A stretch of 64,000 nucleotides of DNA, from contig NC_135909.1 of assembly GCF_964194155.1 (NCBI RefSeq), positions 19,840,001 through 19,904,000 of the forward strand, written 5' to 3'. Source of the DNA: Cetorhinus maximus (taxonomy: Eukaryota). Within the stretch, counting starts at the first letter, position 1, and each line of letters starts with the position of its first letter. A model generated the notes under the pieces. That model was not told the DNA's origin, did no database searches, and saw only the letters and a program-made list of their open reading frames with translations. Shown here piece by piece: positions 1-13,949 of this stretch. The position numbers and the translations under genes were made by a program.

Positions 1-260
1 GTTCTGTATATGTCCATCACAGATAGTGTTTGTGAGTGTAGGATTCATTCTGCATCTCTGTCTCTGGAACAGTTTGTGAGAGTAGGATTTCTTCTTATGG
101 GTCAATGCCTGGTACTATATGTGAGGGTGAGATTAATTCTGTTTCAGGCAGTGTTACTGAATGTCAATGTTGGAATCATTCTGTGTCTATCGGACCCCAT
201 TACTGCCAGGGGAAGTGGGGTTAATTCTGTATCTGAATGTCTCCATTATTCTTATTATTA
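1..260. repeat. Degenerate ~46-nt tandem repeat array
   Basis: Recurring variants of GATTCATTCTGTATCTGTCAGTCTCTGGTACTGTGTGTGAGTGT; same family as the arrays at 10.8, 14, 22.8, 26, 28 and 56.6 kb. Confidence 0.6.
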
Positions 261-867
261 TTCAGACCTTCGGGATAGAGGATGATTTGCTTCCACTCTC
301 TCTCTCTCTCTTCCACTCTGAACAGAGTCAGTGTCTGATTCCACGACTGTCCTGCAGCACCCGGCTACTGCAGACCAAGGATTTGGATTATTTTACAACA
401 ATTTCCTGCCATCCATAAACAATCCACTGCTCCATGAATGGGACTGAGTGACAGAGCAGGGAGTTCTGCACAGGTCAAATTACTACTTCCCACTCTCAGG
501 ATCTACTTATATTTTTATTTGTTCACGGGATGTAGGAGTCGCTGACAAGGCCAGAATCTGTTGCCTATCCCGAATTGCCCTTCAGACCAGACCCTGCTTG
601 TGTCGCTGCTTTTAATTTTCTGTTTTTTTGCAATGACTATTAATTGAAACAAATGCGTTGGTCTATTTTGTATTTGCTACCTCCTCTCTCTTTGGATTAT
701 TATAAATACCTTTTTCTTCCGACAGGCAAATATTTGAAAGCAGCAGAATCAAAGTAGTGATTCGGTGACAAAAGGAGAAGTGCAGCCAGCTCCTTCTCAC
801 ACAGTAAGTACAGTATCACTCACAGAGAGCAGAGACACCAGTTCCACAAGCACCAACAACACAGTAA

Positions 868-1072
868 GATAAGAGCAAAATAGTGCAGATGCTGGCAATC
901 TGAAAGAAAAATAGAAAATGCTGAAAAAACTCAGCAGGTCTAACCGCATCTATGGAGAGAAAGACAGAGTTAACGTTTAAGAGTCATATAGACATGAAAC
1001 GTAAACTCTGTCTTTCTCTCCACAGATGCTGTTAGACCTCCTGAGTTATTCCAGCATTTTCTGTTTTTGTTT
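868..1072. mobile_element. Penelope-derived short fold-back element
   Basis: GATGCTGG...CTCAGCAGGTCT...GAGTTAACGTTT followed by its inverted copy; family repeated throughout the window. Confidence 0.7.
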
Positions 1073-1251
1073 GCACTAAGTTATTCCGGCAGTGAGCCCA
1101 AGTCTCAGGAATGTCTATTCGTTCAAACGGAGGAGGAGAGTGCGTGAGCCAGATGGGTTTTTATCAATGTGACTTTCAAGATTTTTTAAAATTATATGTC
1201 ACCGGCAGCGGTGGTGGGATTTGATCCCGCGCCTCCATAACATTATCTTAA

Positions 1252-1628
1252 GGGGGTCCTGATGTGTCTTGTCACGGCAAATGTGGACAGGATGTTTCCT
1301 CTTGGAGGAAAATCTAGAACTCACGGTCACAGTTTAAAAATAACGGGTCGTCCATTTAAGACAGAGATGAGGAGACTTTTTATTCTTGCTGAGGTTCTTG
1401 AGTCTTTGGAACTCTCTTCCTCAAAAGAGGGTGGAAGCGGAGTCTCTGAATACTTTTAAAGCAGGGGTAGACTCTTGAAAGCAAATGGGTGAGAGGTTAC
1501 CGAGGGGAGGCAGGAACGTGGAGTTGAGGTTACAATCAGATCAACCATGACCTTACTGAATGGTGGAGCAAATTCGATGGGCCGAGTGGCCTATTCCTGC
1601 TCTTTATTCCTTCTGTTCTTATGTTCAT
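1252..1628 (+). mobile_element. CR1-like LINE 3' end fragment
   Basis: Decayed ORF2 C-terminus (DRMFPLGGKSRTHGHSLKI) and 3' tail GGGCCGAGTGGCCTATTCCTGCTC. Confidence 0.75.
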
Positions 1629-1959
1629 TAACCTGGAACTCTAGATTCCTGCTACGACGCCATCTCCACTAATAAAACTGTCACCGAAACCAAACAGCCA
1701 CTGTTTAAAACGTGCCTGTTTTCACACCTTGTGCCTACAATAGCTGCTCTTTGTCTGACTCCCCACATCCTGACTGTCCGGCTCTGTTCCCACTCTTCAC
1801 TGTCCAATATCAACAAACCAGGGGAGTGTGAACTCAACCAGGAATATTCACTGTTGCTTTGCGGAGAGAAAGCAGCAGTGATTTTCAATAACAGCTTCTT
1901 GCCATTCTGTCTCCCTCCTCCCAGGAGGCTGCTGTTTGTTCCATTCCCCCAGGACCGGA

Positions 1960-2085
1960 GTCATTCCATTGGTGGCTCATCCTGTCCCAGATAAAGCTGG
2001 GGGAGAGCCGCGTGCATGCGCTCTTCTGCTCCCACCCATTGAGCTCTGGTGGGTCGGAATGACGCATGCGCAGAATTCTATAACA
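1960..2085. promoter_or_regulatory. CpG-rich promoter-like segment with NRF1-like motifs
   Basis: GTGCATGCGC (~2012) and CGCATGCGCA (2063-2072), plus an ATTGG box; adjacent 1650-1950 is an inverted homologue of ~21800-22030. Confidence 0.45.
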
Positions 2086-2484
2086 TTCCATGAAACCATT
2101 TTGCAGTGAAACGTTTTCCAATTCACTTTTATCCGAGATCAGCAAATGATCTGGAGCTCATGGGAAAGGGGACGGTGAAAACTGGGACTCGCCCCATTAA
2201 GAGACACAACCTGGGATTTTTCTGTTCAGCTTGTTTGATGTTCAGGGACCTGTCTTCACAAAGCAATCCTACAGAAACACTGGAGGAACCCGGGAGTCGG
2301 GGTGTTTGCTGGGACCGGGCAGGAGTTAATATCAGACAGGAACTCTCCAGATTAATTCAATCTGAGTGAAACACTCACTCACTGAGAGTGAAACCTAACA
2401 GCCCTGAGCTGCAGGGTGTACAACAGGGAACTGAGGTTTAAACATGGGCCACTGTTTCTCACTCACTGAGACTGTCAAAGAGAC

Positions 2485-3190
2485 ATACAGTCATAGAGTC
2501 ATGGAGACATTGCTGCTCAGAAGGAAGCCATTCGGCCCATCCAGTCCATACTGCCTGCCTGTAGAATAATCCAGTCAGTCCCATTCTCCTGCTCTATGCC
2601 TGCAACTTTTTTTCCCACAGGCGCCCACCCAATTTCCATTTGAAATCATTCACCATCTCCGTTTCCACGATGCCCATCGGGATCAAGATCCAGGTGATAA
2701 CCCAGAAAGTAACAATGTTCTTCCAGACTTCCCCCCTGCACATCTTGTCTTAAATTTTAAATCCGTGTCTCCTAATCCTTCTACTCTCAGCTAATGGGAA
2801 CTGCCTTCCTTTGTCTACCTGATCTAAACAATCTTGTACACCTCTCTCAGACCTCCCCTCAATCTCGGCTGCTTCAAGGAGAGCAGCTCTGGATTCCGCA
2901 AACAAACTTTGCAGCTATAACCCCTCATGCCTGGAGCTATTCTAGTAAATCTCCTTTGCACCGTCTCAACGACTCTCACATTCTTCCAAAAGTGTGGTGA
3001 CCAGAAATGGACACAATATTCTAGTTGCTGCCTAACCAGAGCTTTATAGATGTTAAACATAACGTTCCAGCTTGTATGCTCAGTACCTCTGTTGATTAAA
3101 CCAATGATCCCATCTGCTTTCCAAACTACTCCCTCAAAATCTCGTGTCACCTACAAAGATCTAAAGGTCCCTCTGACCTTTGCACAATTT
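2485..3190 (-). mobile_element. CR1-like LINE ORF2 3' fragment
   Basis: ORF 2824-3150 reads YKALVRQQLEYCVHFWSPH...VQRRFTR, typical of the CR1 RT C-terminal region. Confidence 0.85.
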
Positions 3191-3656
3191 TTAGAACTGG
3201 ACCTTATAGTTTATACTGCCTCTCTTCTGTTAAAATACAGCATTTTTCCTGAGTGTGGGATTAATAATATGTCTCTGTTACAATATCATTGCAATCTGAG
3301 ACTGCAGCTTCTGCCTCTCCACGAGAATCTTTCTGTGTAAAACCAGAGCTTACAAGGATTTCTGCAACTGATGCATTGTCTGTGTCTCACCGCCCTCACT
3401 CACTCTGTCTCTATCAATCCCTCCACCCCCTCTCTTTTGAACTCCACATGAAGGCGGGATAGTGTTGTTTAGTGGCTGAGTGCACACAATCTGTGTCTTC
3501 AAATGATCAAAAAATAAATCTGCTTCTGAACAAGACCATAATTTAAACCAGTTACGGGTTAACCCAGGCACAGCTGTGATTGGCTGCAGCCTCCTGAATC
3601 TGGGGAACAGACACTGTGAGCAGCTCCGGTCTCAGAGGGTTGAACAGTTACTGAGC

Positions 3657-3690
3657 TGGGAAACTACAACTAATCCCCGTGAATCCACAG
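3657..3690 (+). promoter_or_regulatory. ZNF143/Staf-like motif upstream of H1
   Basis: GGGAAACTACAACTAATCCCCGTGAATCC resembles the ACTACA-TCCCA composite motif, with altered spacing. Confidence 0.3.
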
Positions 3691-4330
3691 CACAGGCCGA
3701 GAGGAGAGGAAAGCCAGTCCTGGGAGCTGTAAATCTGAGCCACAGTTTGTCCTGTCAATGTGCAGATGTGAACATTGTATCTGCGAGAGTGTGTTAAAGG
3801 GGCGGGCGGGTTAGACTAATGTCTCTGTGTTTGTGTGTTCGGCCTCAGCGACAAATTTCCGAGTCCTTCTTGTGTAAAATCACAAGATTTCCCTGTAATT
3901 GGATCGCGATGCTCCCCTGCTCAGCCCTGAAGAGAGAATTTAAGGCAAAGTTTTCGTTAATTTCAAGATTTCAGTGGAAACACAGCGAAGAAGTCAGCGC
4001 TCGGCTGAGAGGGCGCGATCAAAGCAGCAAAGAAACGGGTTTAAATCGAAATTTCTGCCTTTAATTCGGATGGAACTTTCTCGACAACAAAGATTCGGAT
4101 TTTGTTAACAGAAGGAAGCGAGTGTGGGAATCTGAAATGTCCAATTTGAAGTGGAATTGGGGAGTTTATGAGGAGAGAGAAACACAGAGAGGCTGGAGGA
4201 GCCGGGAGCTGACAGCAGGTTGTCTCTGCCCCGTCCGCTCTCTGTCTTTAAGTTGCTCTGAGCCGCCACCACTGGTTTCATTTCTGATCCAGTTCTGACT
4301 GTCAGACAGATTTTCCACACAGTCTCGGAT

Positions 4331-5002
4331 ATGACTGATACTGCAGCCGCCGAAACGGCTCCTCCAGCCGCTGCCGCTCAAGTCAAATCTCCCAAGAAGA
4401 AGAAGGCGGCTTCCCGATCGAAGGCAGCCGGTCCCAAGTTAGGCGAACAGATCCTCAAGATTGTGGCGGGTTGCAGCGATCGCAAGGGGATGTCCCTGGC
4501 CGCGATAAAGAAAGCTTTGTCTGGCAGCAGTGTCGATGTGGGGAAGCTCGGCTCCCAGATCAGGCTAAGTATCAGGAGGAAGGTGGAGAGCGGCTCCCTG
4601 GTGCAGGTAAAGGGACAGGGCGCCTCCGGCTCCTTCAAAATCCCTAAGAAGGAATCCCAGGGGAAAGTGGGAAAGAAGGAGAAGAAACCAACAGCCAAGA
4701 AATCTTTAGTGAAGAAACCAGCGGCCAAGAAGGTGAAAACAAAAAAACCAGCAGCTAAGAAATCTCCAGCCAAGAAAGTAACAGCCAAGAAATCCCCAGC
4801 GAAGAAAGCAACAGTCAAGAAAACAAGCAGCAAGAAGGCGGCAACTCCAAAAAAGGCGGTGAAGAAAGCAGCGCTGAAGAAAAAATCTCCCGTCAAGAAG
4901 GTGACGGGCGGAAAGGTTTTAAAAAAAGTGGATAAATCGTCGAAGGCCAAGCCCAAAGTGAAAGCAGCAAAGGCTAAGAAAGCAGCGCCAGGAAAGAAAT
5001 GA
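4331..5002 (+). CDS. H1: Histone H1 (replication-dependent linker histone), 223 aa
   Basis: Globular domain (GMSLAAIKKAL...LVQVKGQGASGSFK), Lys/Ala/Pro-rich tail with S/TPxK motifs, upstream AAACACA (AC box) ~4180, 3' stem-loop. Confidence 0.97.
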   Translation: MTDTAAAETAPPAAAAQVKSPKKKKAASRSKAAGPKLGEQILKIVAGCSDRKGMSLAAIKKALSGSSVDVGKLGSQIRLSIRRKVESGSLVQVKGQGASGSFKIPKKESQGKVGKKEKKPTAKKSLVKKPAAKKVKTKKPAAKKSPAKKVTAKKSPAKKATVKKTSSKKAATPKKAVKKAALKKKSPVKKVTGGKVLKKVDKSSKAKPKVKAAKAKKAAPGKK

Positions 5003-5038
5003 AACCAGCCGAGCAAATTGTAAACCTCTGAACACAAA

Positions 5039-5079
5039 GGCTCTTCTCAGAGCCGCCCACGTCTCTCAGGAAAGAGCTG
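5039..5079 (+). terminator. Histone stem-loop and histone downstream element (H1)
   Basis: GGCTCT-TCTC-AGAGCC followed by GGAAAGAGCTG. Confidence 0.9.
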
Positions 5080-5749
5080 ATCCCCGAATCAAATGTCCCT
5101 GTCCCGGCGCTGGGAGCAGGTTTCACACTGAAGTGATTTATATTCAATTGAAAATTCCCGGTATCTCACTGACATGCACTATATCCAGCCCCTCCCCCAA
5201 TCTGCAATAAAACAGCGGGGTCCGTGCACCATTGTAACTGGGGATTTGTTCAGCTGCTCTGTCAGTTTCTGCACGTTCCCTTTTCACAGATTCAAGGTGA
5301 GAGTGTGTAAGACAGTTACCCGGGCGGAGTAACCCCGCGTTACAACTCAAAGCCCAACACATGAGTTTGTCTAATTCAGCTTGAGTGAGGTGTCGGTAAA
5401 CTGCTCAACCCTCCTGGAGGGGAGGTGTGTGGGGATAGAACAGAAGCTGGGAGTGAAGTGGAAACAGGCGGATTTGACGGGGTATAGTGTATGTACTTGG
5501 GCTGGAATATTACAGAATTTTATTTGTAAAGGTCTGCAATTAAAAGCTGCGGGTTTCTAGAACAGTTGAACATGAAGCTCCAATCGATAAGTTTTGTGCC
5601 GAGCGCTGTGTTAACTTCCATTGTCGACAATTAAATAAAATGTCGTTTCGACAGGCAGGGGGTGGAGCTGGATTATCATAGACATTCCTCTGTTCTGTCT
5701 GTCATTTAGTCTCCTCCCCGTCCCGCCTCTCACTCTATGCTCCTTTCTC

Positions 5750-5776
5750 AGTCAGGTCGGGGCGGGCTGTATAAAG
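5750..5776 (+). promoter_or_regulatory. H4 promoter (GGTC site II-like element, GC box, TATA)
   Basis: TCAGGTCGGGGCGGGCTGTATAAA ~60 nt upstream of the ATG; mirrored in copy 2 (GGTCCG...TATAAA, 20848-20870). Confidence 0.7.
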
Positions 5777-5824
5777 GAGGAACCGAAACAGCTCATCTCT
5801 CATATTCAGCAGCGATCTGAGTGA

Positions 5825-6145
<321 letters not shown>

Positions 6146-6180
6146 ACAACTCGACTCTCTCTACCAAACACAACAACAAA

Positions 6181-6221
6181 GGCTCTTTTAAGAGCCACCC
6201 ACCGCCTCACAGAGAGAGCAG
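6181..6221 (+). terminator. Histone stem-loop and downstream element (H4)
   Basis: GGCTCTTTTAAGAGCC-ACCCA followed by AGAGAGAGCAG. Confidence 0.93.
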
Positions 6222-7034
6222 AAACCTGGGAACGGGAGCTGGGATGCGCTTTGATCTGGAATGTTAGTGCCTGATTTGTTCTGGACGGGAATGTACTGAG
6301 AATCTTTTTAATGGTTTATTTACCCGGATGGCCCATTCTGCACTGACGCTGAAAGGCCTCTCCACTGCCTCATATTTTCGATAGGTTCTGTTTTAAATGA
6401 ATAATTAGTCAGGTAGTAATGACAGGATCTGGCGGTTCCTCTGACACCAGCCGTTCAATCCGTCAGTGGATTTGAGGTTACAATCATATCAGGATCAGGC
6501 GAGGCAGGCTTGATGGGCTGAGTGGCCTCCTCCTGCTCCTAATCCAAATATTCGCACGTATGTTCGTGTAGACTTAGACTGGGAATAACGGAAATTCGAG
6601 CCGCTCTTTATCGGCATGAACAGCCCAGAATGAGGGCAATGGGAAGGGGTCTGATGCCCCCAGCACCGTTTCTATTTTATTTCCCATTCCATTCCTCGAA
6701 GTGAGCGGCGATTTCGAGGGTTTTTTTTTTATTTTTTATTTTTTTGATTTCGAGGGTTAGTTGTGCTGTAGGGAGCAATGGACAGTCCTTCAATTTTTGC
6801 CTCGGAAATTCAGCACTGTCTTTACACAGTTCAAACAACAGACTGGTGTTTCTGTCTAAAAATGAGCAGATTCACCAGGATGATACCTGGTTTAAAAATT
6901 GCCGGGACAGATCACATGAACTGGAATTTCATTGGGGTTAGGAAATAGCGAGTGAGAGTGAAAAATTGTATTTTAATTTACAAAAAAGGGAAGAACGAAG
7001 CATATTCTCGAGACGGGAATCGGCTGCAAACAAT

Positions 7035-7668
<634 letters not shown>

Positions 7669-7697
7669 AACCCGGCTTCAGCACCAAGTACAACAAA

Positions 7698-7738
7698 GGC
7701 TCTTTTAAGAGCCACTAAATCGACAAATGAAAGAGCTG
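7698..7738 (+). terminator. Histone stem-loop and downstream element (H3)
   Basis: GGCTCTTTTAAGAGCC followed by TGAAAGAGCTG. Confidence 0.93.
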
Positions 7739-8049
7739 CGATCTCCTGTTAAACACTCCAGCACTTAAACAACTCGAAGATAAAATTTATTCTCCCTTGC
7801 ACCGGTTTATTTGTCTTGTCGACATAGCGGTTGTAGAATTGAGAGAATACAGATGATGCAGTTATCAATTGCAGCTCAGGTTATGTCTGCGAATATTTTA
7901 GGCCAAGGATTTTTTTCCAACGAATTGCGGCACAGGGTGAGGTACGGTTTGTAAGTCAATACTCATTGTTATTATAAGGTTACACTATGAACATGAAGCG
8001 ATTGTCCGAGAGTAACCCTCCAGTGCGCAGATATTTTTGATGGTTGTTT

Positions 8050-8570
8050 TTAGTCAGTTATACAGCAAATAAACAGGCCGCTCGTGTCCGTGCCGGACTG
8101 ACTATCCTTGATTAATCCTTGCCTCTCCAAGTGGAAATTAATTGTGTCCCTCAGAATCTTTTTCATAAGTTTCCCTACCACTGATGTTAAGAGTGACTGG
8201 CCTATAGTTCTTTGGTTTATCCCTAGCCCCCTTTTTGAATAATGGAAACCATTAGCTGTCCTCCAGTCCTTTCACCTCTCCTGTGGTCAAAGATTTGAAA
8301 ATTAATAACAGGGTGCCTGCAATCTCCTCCCTTGCCTTCCACAGCAGCCTGGGAAAATCTCATCTGCCCGTATAGGAAGGATGTTGTTGCACTAGAGAGG
8401 TCATAGCGTTATACAGCACAGAAACAGGCCCATCGTAACCGTGCCGATCATCAAGCACCTATCTATTCTAATTCTATTCTCCAGCACTTAGCCCGTAGTA
8501 CTTTTAGTTATGTCGTTTCGAGGGCTCAACTAAATACTTCTCAAACGTTGTGCGAGTTCTTCCTTCGCCA
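8050..8570 (-). mobile_element. Patchwork of CR1-like fragments between the H3 and H2A 3' ends
   Basis: CR1 tails (TACAGCACAGAAACAGGCC) and an ORF2 piece (TTCCCTACCACTGATGTTAAG). Confidence 0.55.
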
Positions 8571-8621
8571 TTATTGGTCCAGAATCACTTACAAATTTGG
8601 TCCGGCCGCGGACAGACAATA

Positions 8622-8664
8622 GTTCACCCTTTCACAGACTCTGTGAGTGGCTCTGAAAAGAGCC
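8622..8664 (-). terminator. Histone stem-loop and downstream element (H2A)
   Basis: Reverse strand GGCTCTTTTCAGAGCC (8649-8664) followed by GAAAGGGTG. Confidence 0.92.
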
Positions 8665-8694
8665 TTTGGGTTATTAGATTAAAGAATGGCCGCT

Positions 8695-9168
<474 letters not shown>

Positions 9169-9867
9169 TCATTGGTCTCTGTTCAATCCACTTATTTGCC
9201 TATATTCTTCACCAATCAGATAAATGGAAGCAGAAAAGGGCGGGATTTGCAAATAACCGTCAGAACCAGAAAAATGTCCATTTTAAAAAGCCCGCCAATT
9301 TCACTGCGGGAAAGAAGCGGATTAAAGTAAATGTCGTCTTTGGTCTGAGATTTCAAATCCCTTCTCTTTATTTGGTTTTATTCAACTCGTGTCATCACCA
9401 ATCGCAGGCGCGGGTTTTATCATTTTGTTTAAATGTGGTTCATTCTCCTGTCGCTTTCTAACTGTCCCGGGAGGGAATCAATCCCGGGTCACCGCTTTCC
9501 CAGGAGTGAAACATTCCGTTCAGACTTCACTCTGAACCGAACACCCTTCGCTGTAAAGAGGGAGCTGATCGAGTCCTCAGACTGTTCTTATTCCGCTCTG
9601 TAATAATCCCACTCCGGCTGTTACCCTGCGGAAAATTAATAAAATGACTCAGTAACTGTTTCAGGAATTGGGGGAAGGGACAATTAAAGTTGAAAACAGC
9701 AGCTAATGAGGCCACTTAAAGGCTGTGATAACAGAATAACCGCTTTCAGCACAAAGCGAAGGCCGATGAGCTAATTAAAGGGTTAGTGTCTGGGTTACAG
9801 GACAGGAGACACTAACAGCAGTGGAAGTTATTTTATATTATAATAATCCAGTAGGAAGATGTCGGGT

Positions 9868-9909
9868 GCAGCTCCTTAGTAGAGATTGTGAGTGGCTCTT
9901 AAAAGAGCC
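9868..9909 (-). terminator. Histone stem-loop and downstream element (H2B)
   Basis: Reverse strand GGCTCTTTTAAGAGCC (9894-9909) followed by AAGGAGCTG. Confidence 0.92.
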
Positions 9910-9948
9910 TTTGTGTTGTGAATGTGTTTTTCAGTCCGTTCGGGGGTT

Positions 9949-10326
9949 TTACTTGGAGCTGGTGTACTTGGTCACCGCCTTTGTCCCTTCCGACACGGCG
10001 TGCTTGGCCAGTTCCCCGGGCAGCAGCAGGCGCACGGCGGTCTGGATCTCCCGGGAGCTGATGGTGCTGCGCTTGTTGTAATGGGCCAGGCGGGAAGCCT
10101 CACCCGCGATGCGCTCGAAAATATCGCTCACGAACGAGTTCATGATGCTCATGGCCTTAGAGGAGATGCCGGTGTCGGGATGAACCTGCTTCATCACTTT
10201 GTAGATGTAGATGGCGTAACTCTCCTTCCTCGACTTTCGCCGCTTCTTGCCGCCCTTTCCTGACGGCTTATTCACCGCTTTCTTGGCGCCCTTCTTAGCA
10301 ACTGGTTTCTTCTTCTCTTCAACCAT
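9949..10326 (-). CDS. H2B: Histone H2B (copy 1), 125 aa
   Basis: ATG at 10326, [12 protein letters not shown]...[20 protein letters not shown]...YTSSK. Confidence 0.98.
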   Translation of the reverse strand: MVEEKKKPVAKKGAKKAVNKPSGKGGKKRRKSRKESYAIYIYKVMKQVHPDTGISSKAMSIMNSFVSDIFERIAGEASRLAHYNKRSTISSREIQTAVRLLLPGELAKHAVSEGTKAVTKYTSSK

Positions 10327-10377
10327 CTTCAATCTCAATTTCAGACACAGAAATAAACCAAACCCCTTCCGTCCGCT

Positions 10378-10535
10378 CATTAAATAGACAGTCTGACAGA
10401 TATATGCTAATGAGGAATGAGAAAACAACAATTCTTATTGGACATTTTTAAAAGAAAACAAGTTCTTAATTTGTGATTTATTTGATTGGATAGAGAAATC
10501 GACCAATCATATTTAGCTTTCTCCACCAATCATAG
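10378..10535 (-). promoter_or_regulatory. H2B promoter: TATTTAA, variant octamer ATTAGCAT, CCAAT boxes
   Basis: ATGCTAAT at 10404-10411; several CCAAT/ATTGG between 10437 and 10530; mirrored at 15195-15350. Confidence 0.7.
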
Positions 10536-10779
10536 GCCTCCTTACTGCAATCAGGAAATACTTTTTACAAAGACCCTCTCCAGGCGGAATTTCTCAGTGT
10601 GTAAAGATACACCAGGAAATGTCGCCTGGCAGTCGGTGCGAGGGACTGTACGGTAATGTGGGGTTCCCTCAGGAATTGTGAGGCTTTGGTAAAGTCTGTG
10701 ATTGTGGGATTTATTCACTCCCTGATTCTGTGTGTGAGAGTGGGGTTCCTTCACTGTTTGGAAGGCCGTGGTACAGTGT

Positions 10780-11650
10780 GCGAGGGCTGGATTTCTTCTG
10801 TGTCTGTGACTTGATGGGACCATGTCTCAGTGTTGGATTCACTTGATATCCTGAGGCTCATTGTGCATCTGTCCGTTATTGGTGCATGTAAGTGAAATTA
10901 TTGGCTCCTTGGGACTATAAGACAGTGCGGAATTAAATCAGCATATGTTTCTCTCGGCCACGAAAAGTATTGGATTTATTCTGTACATGTCAATCTCTGT
11001 AACTGTATGTGAATGAGATTCTTTATTTGTCAGTCCATGTCATTGTAGGTCAGAGTTGTATTGATTCTATGTCTTTCAGCCTGTGGTACTATCTCTGAGT
11101 CTGAACTTCTCATTCACTGTCAATATCTGATACTGTGTGTGAATGTGAGATTAACTCTGTACCTGTCAACATCCTTTGCTGAATGGGAGTGTGAAATTCA
11201 GTCTGTATCGGTCAGTCTCTGGTACTGATTCAAAGTGTGTAATTCATTCTCAATAGGTCCATCTCTTGCAATTTTTGACAGAAGTAACCCCACTGTCACA
11301 TTCGGCACCAAAGACTGACAATGTAGAATTTGCCTCAATGGATAGTATTGGTATGAGTGGGATCAATTCTCTCTCAATCAGTGGTACTTTATGGAAGCTT
11401 GCAAATCATTTTGTTTCTGATGGACTCTGGTACCCTGTGTAAGCGTTGAAGCCATTTTCTAACTCAGTGCCTGATGCTTTGCAGAAATGAAGGATTCATT
11501 TTGTCCCTATCAGTTTTTGGCTGTAAGATTTTTCTGTGTTTCTTGGTCTGTGGTACTGTGTGAATGTCAGATTCATTCTGTATCTCTACATCTCTGGGAC
11601 CAGTGATTACTAACTCTCTAGATGTTTGCAGAATTGGGTCTACCTGAAAA
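10780..11650. repeat. Degenerate ~46-nt tandem repeat array
   Basis: Repeated ATTCATTCTGTATC..TCAGTCTCTGGTACTG..TGTGAATGTG variants. Confidence 0.65.
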
Positions 11651-12789
11651 TTTCTCCACTTCAGCGTTAAGTTCACATTTTCATATCAGATTGACAATCT
11701 TTTTTTAAAATATTTAGCAATCTTTATACACATAAATGTTTAAAAAGTCAGACTTGTCAACTGCTCGTTAGACCTGTAATTATCTCACCTTGTGTTGTGA
11801 GTGAGGAGATTCCCCACTGGGTCGTGCAAAACAGGAATCTGGCTGGAAATTAATTTCAATGCCTGGAAATCAGGTAGAATACAAGTCTGAATTTCTGATT
11901 TACATCCTTAGTAGATCAGGCTTCTCGCTGGGAGAGTGAATTTGAAAAGTGGTGTTTAAAACCAAACAAACCAAGGTAGATCCTTCCTCATTTGCTGAGG
12001 CAAATCCAATGAAAGCAGTTATACTGCAGTAGGAGAATTTTGGGATAGGTACCAGACACAGCTCAGGGCAACTAAACCTGCTATCAGGGAGTGTAAAGGG
12101 TAATGGAGAAGGGGATGGCAGATACATGAATCCCAATATAGAGTTATCCATGTTGCAGTTGAAACCTCATCAGTAATCAGCACTGGCTTAGAATAGCTGG
12201 GCCTATTAACCTCGGGAAAGGATGGATGTCGAATGGATATGACCGCTGTCCATAAATAGAATCAATTGTGTGCATGTGAATAGATAAGTTGAGCTCACTG
12301 CACAAAGAAAAATAGAAAAAGAACAAAAGGAAAATTAAACAGGCCTGCGGGGAAGAATATGTGAGCAGCTGAGCTGCTCTTGCAGAGAGCTGGCACAGAT
12401 ACGATGGGCTGAGTGGCCTCCCTCTGCTGTAACAATTGCGAGATTCTAATCTATGTAGCATGAGTGTAAGCCTGACTTATGTTTAATATAAAATGTGTTT
12501 CAACTGGAGTTAATAGCTGTGGGTATTAATCAGTTATTATGTCAGAGTTTTGGATTAAAATTCCATCTCTGTCAACACAACCCTGAATGTCTGTATATCA
12601 CACAATCTGATACATCATCTAGCTTGTAGACACTCTGAGGTTGGGGGAGTGGTATGTAATGCATAGTTCAGTCTGTAGTATGGGTACAATATTGGGATTC
12701 ATGCAAGATCTTACAAGTGGGTACTGTTTGTCTGATCTCTTTGTCATTTAATGTGTATTTAAGGTTCTCCTTTTGTTTTGGTAACACAG

Positions 12790-13935
12790 GGCCTTGCAAT
12801 CTGAGGGGGGTGTAATTTTGCTCAGCAATTTGCAAAGATCCCACACAGGAGTTTATTACACAAAATTAGAACATGTGATTGGGGATCAAACATTAGCATG
12901 GATCAAGGATTAGTAAATGGACAGAAAACAGTGTCGGAATAAACAGGAATTTTCGGATTGGCAGGCTCTAACTTACTCTTGATAAAACACAGCCATCAGT
13001 TACTTACAACATATATTGATGATTTAGTTGGGTACTGAATGGAACATATTCAAGTTTGTTGATGATACAAAATTGGTGGAAAATTAATCTGTGAGGACAC
13101 AAAAAACCTGCTAAGGCATTTAGACAGGTTGTCTGAGTTGTCAAGAACATGGCAGATAGAATACAATATGGTAGTGTGGGTGGGCCCAGTTTTGAAGGGG
13201 GAAAAAAGAACATGTTTGAATGTGAGACTGGAACACGTTTGCACTCAGAGGGAGCTGGGTGTCCTTGTACATGAATTACAGAAAGTAAAACTGCAAGTAC
13301 AGCAAGCAGATAGGAAGGGAAGTGTTATGTTCACATTTGTTCCAAAGGTTTGAATTACAGGAGTGAAAAATCTTCCATTTATCCAGGGCACAATTAAGGC
13401 TACACCTGGAGTACTGTGTGCAGTTTGGTCTCCTTACATAAGGAAGGGCATAGTTGCTTTAGAGGGAGGGCAATAATTGTTCACTAGCTTGGTTTCTGTG
13501 ACAAGTGGATTTCTTATGAGGGGAGATTGAGGAGACTAGGTCTATATTCCCTGGATTTTAGAAGAATACAGGTTATCTAAATGAAACAAATAAAACTCTT
13601 AAGCGGCTTGTCAGGGTAGATGCTAAGAAAATGGTTCTCCTGGCTCCGGAATCTACAACATGTGGTCACCATCTCAGATCACAGCATTGGCCATTTTGGA
13701 ATGATATGAGGAGAAATGTCTTCACTGAAAGTGTTGAGATTCTTTGGAATTCTCCACCCCAGAGAGATTTGGAAGCTCAGCCATTGAGTATGTTCCAGAC
13801 AGAGGTCAATTGATTTTGGATACTAGGGATATAAGGAGAGTGCGGCAAAGTGGAGTTGAGGTAGAACATCTGTCTGAATGAATGATGGAGGAGGTCGAAT
13901 GGCCAAATAGCCAAGTCCAGCTCCTATTTCTGAAG
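12790..13935 (+). mobile_element. CR1-like LINE ORF2 and 3' UTR relic
   Basis: Decayed (F)ADDTK RT motif (TTTGTTGATGATACAAAA ~13056), QRELGVLVHE, CTGGAGTACTGTGTGCAGTTTGG, 3' tail. Confidence 0.85.
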
Positions 13936-13949
13936 GTTTAATGCATCAG

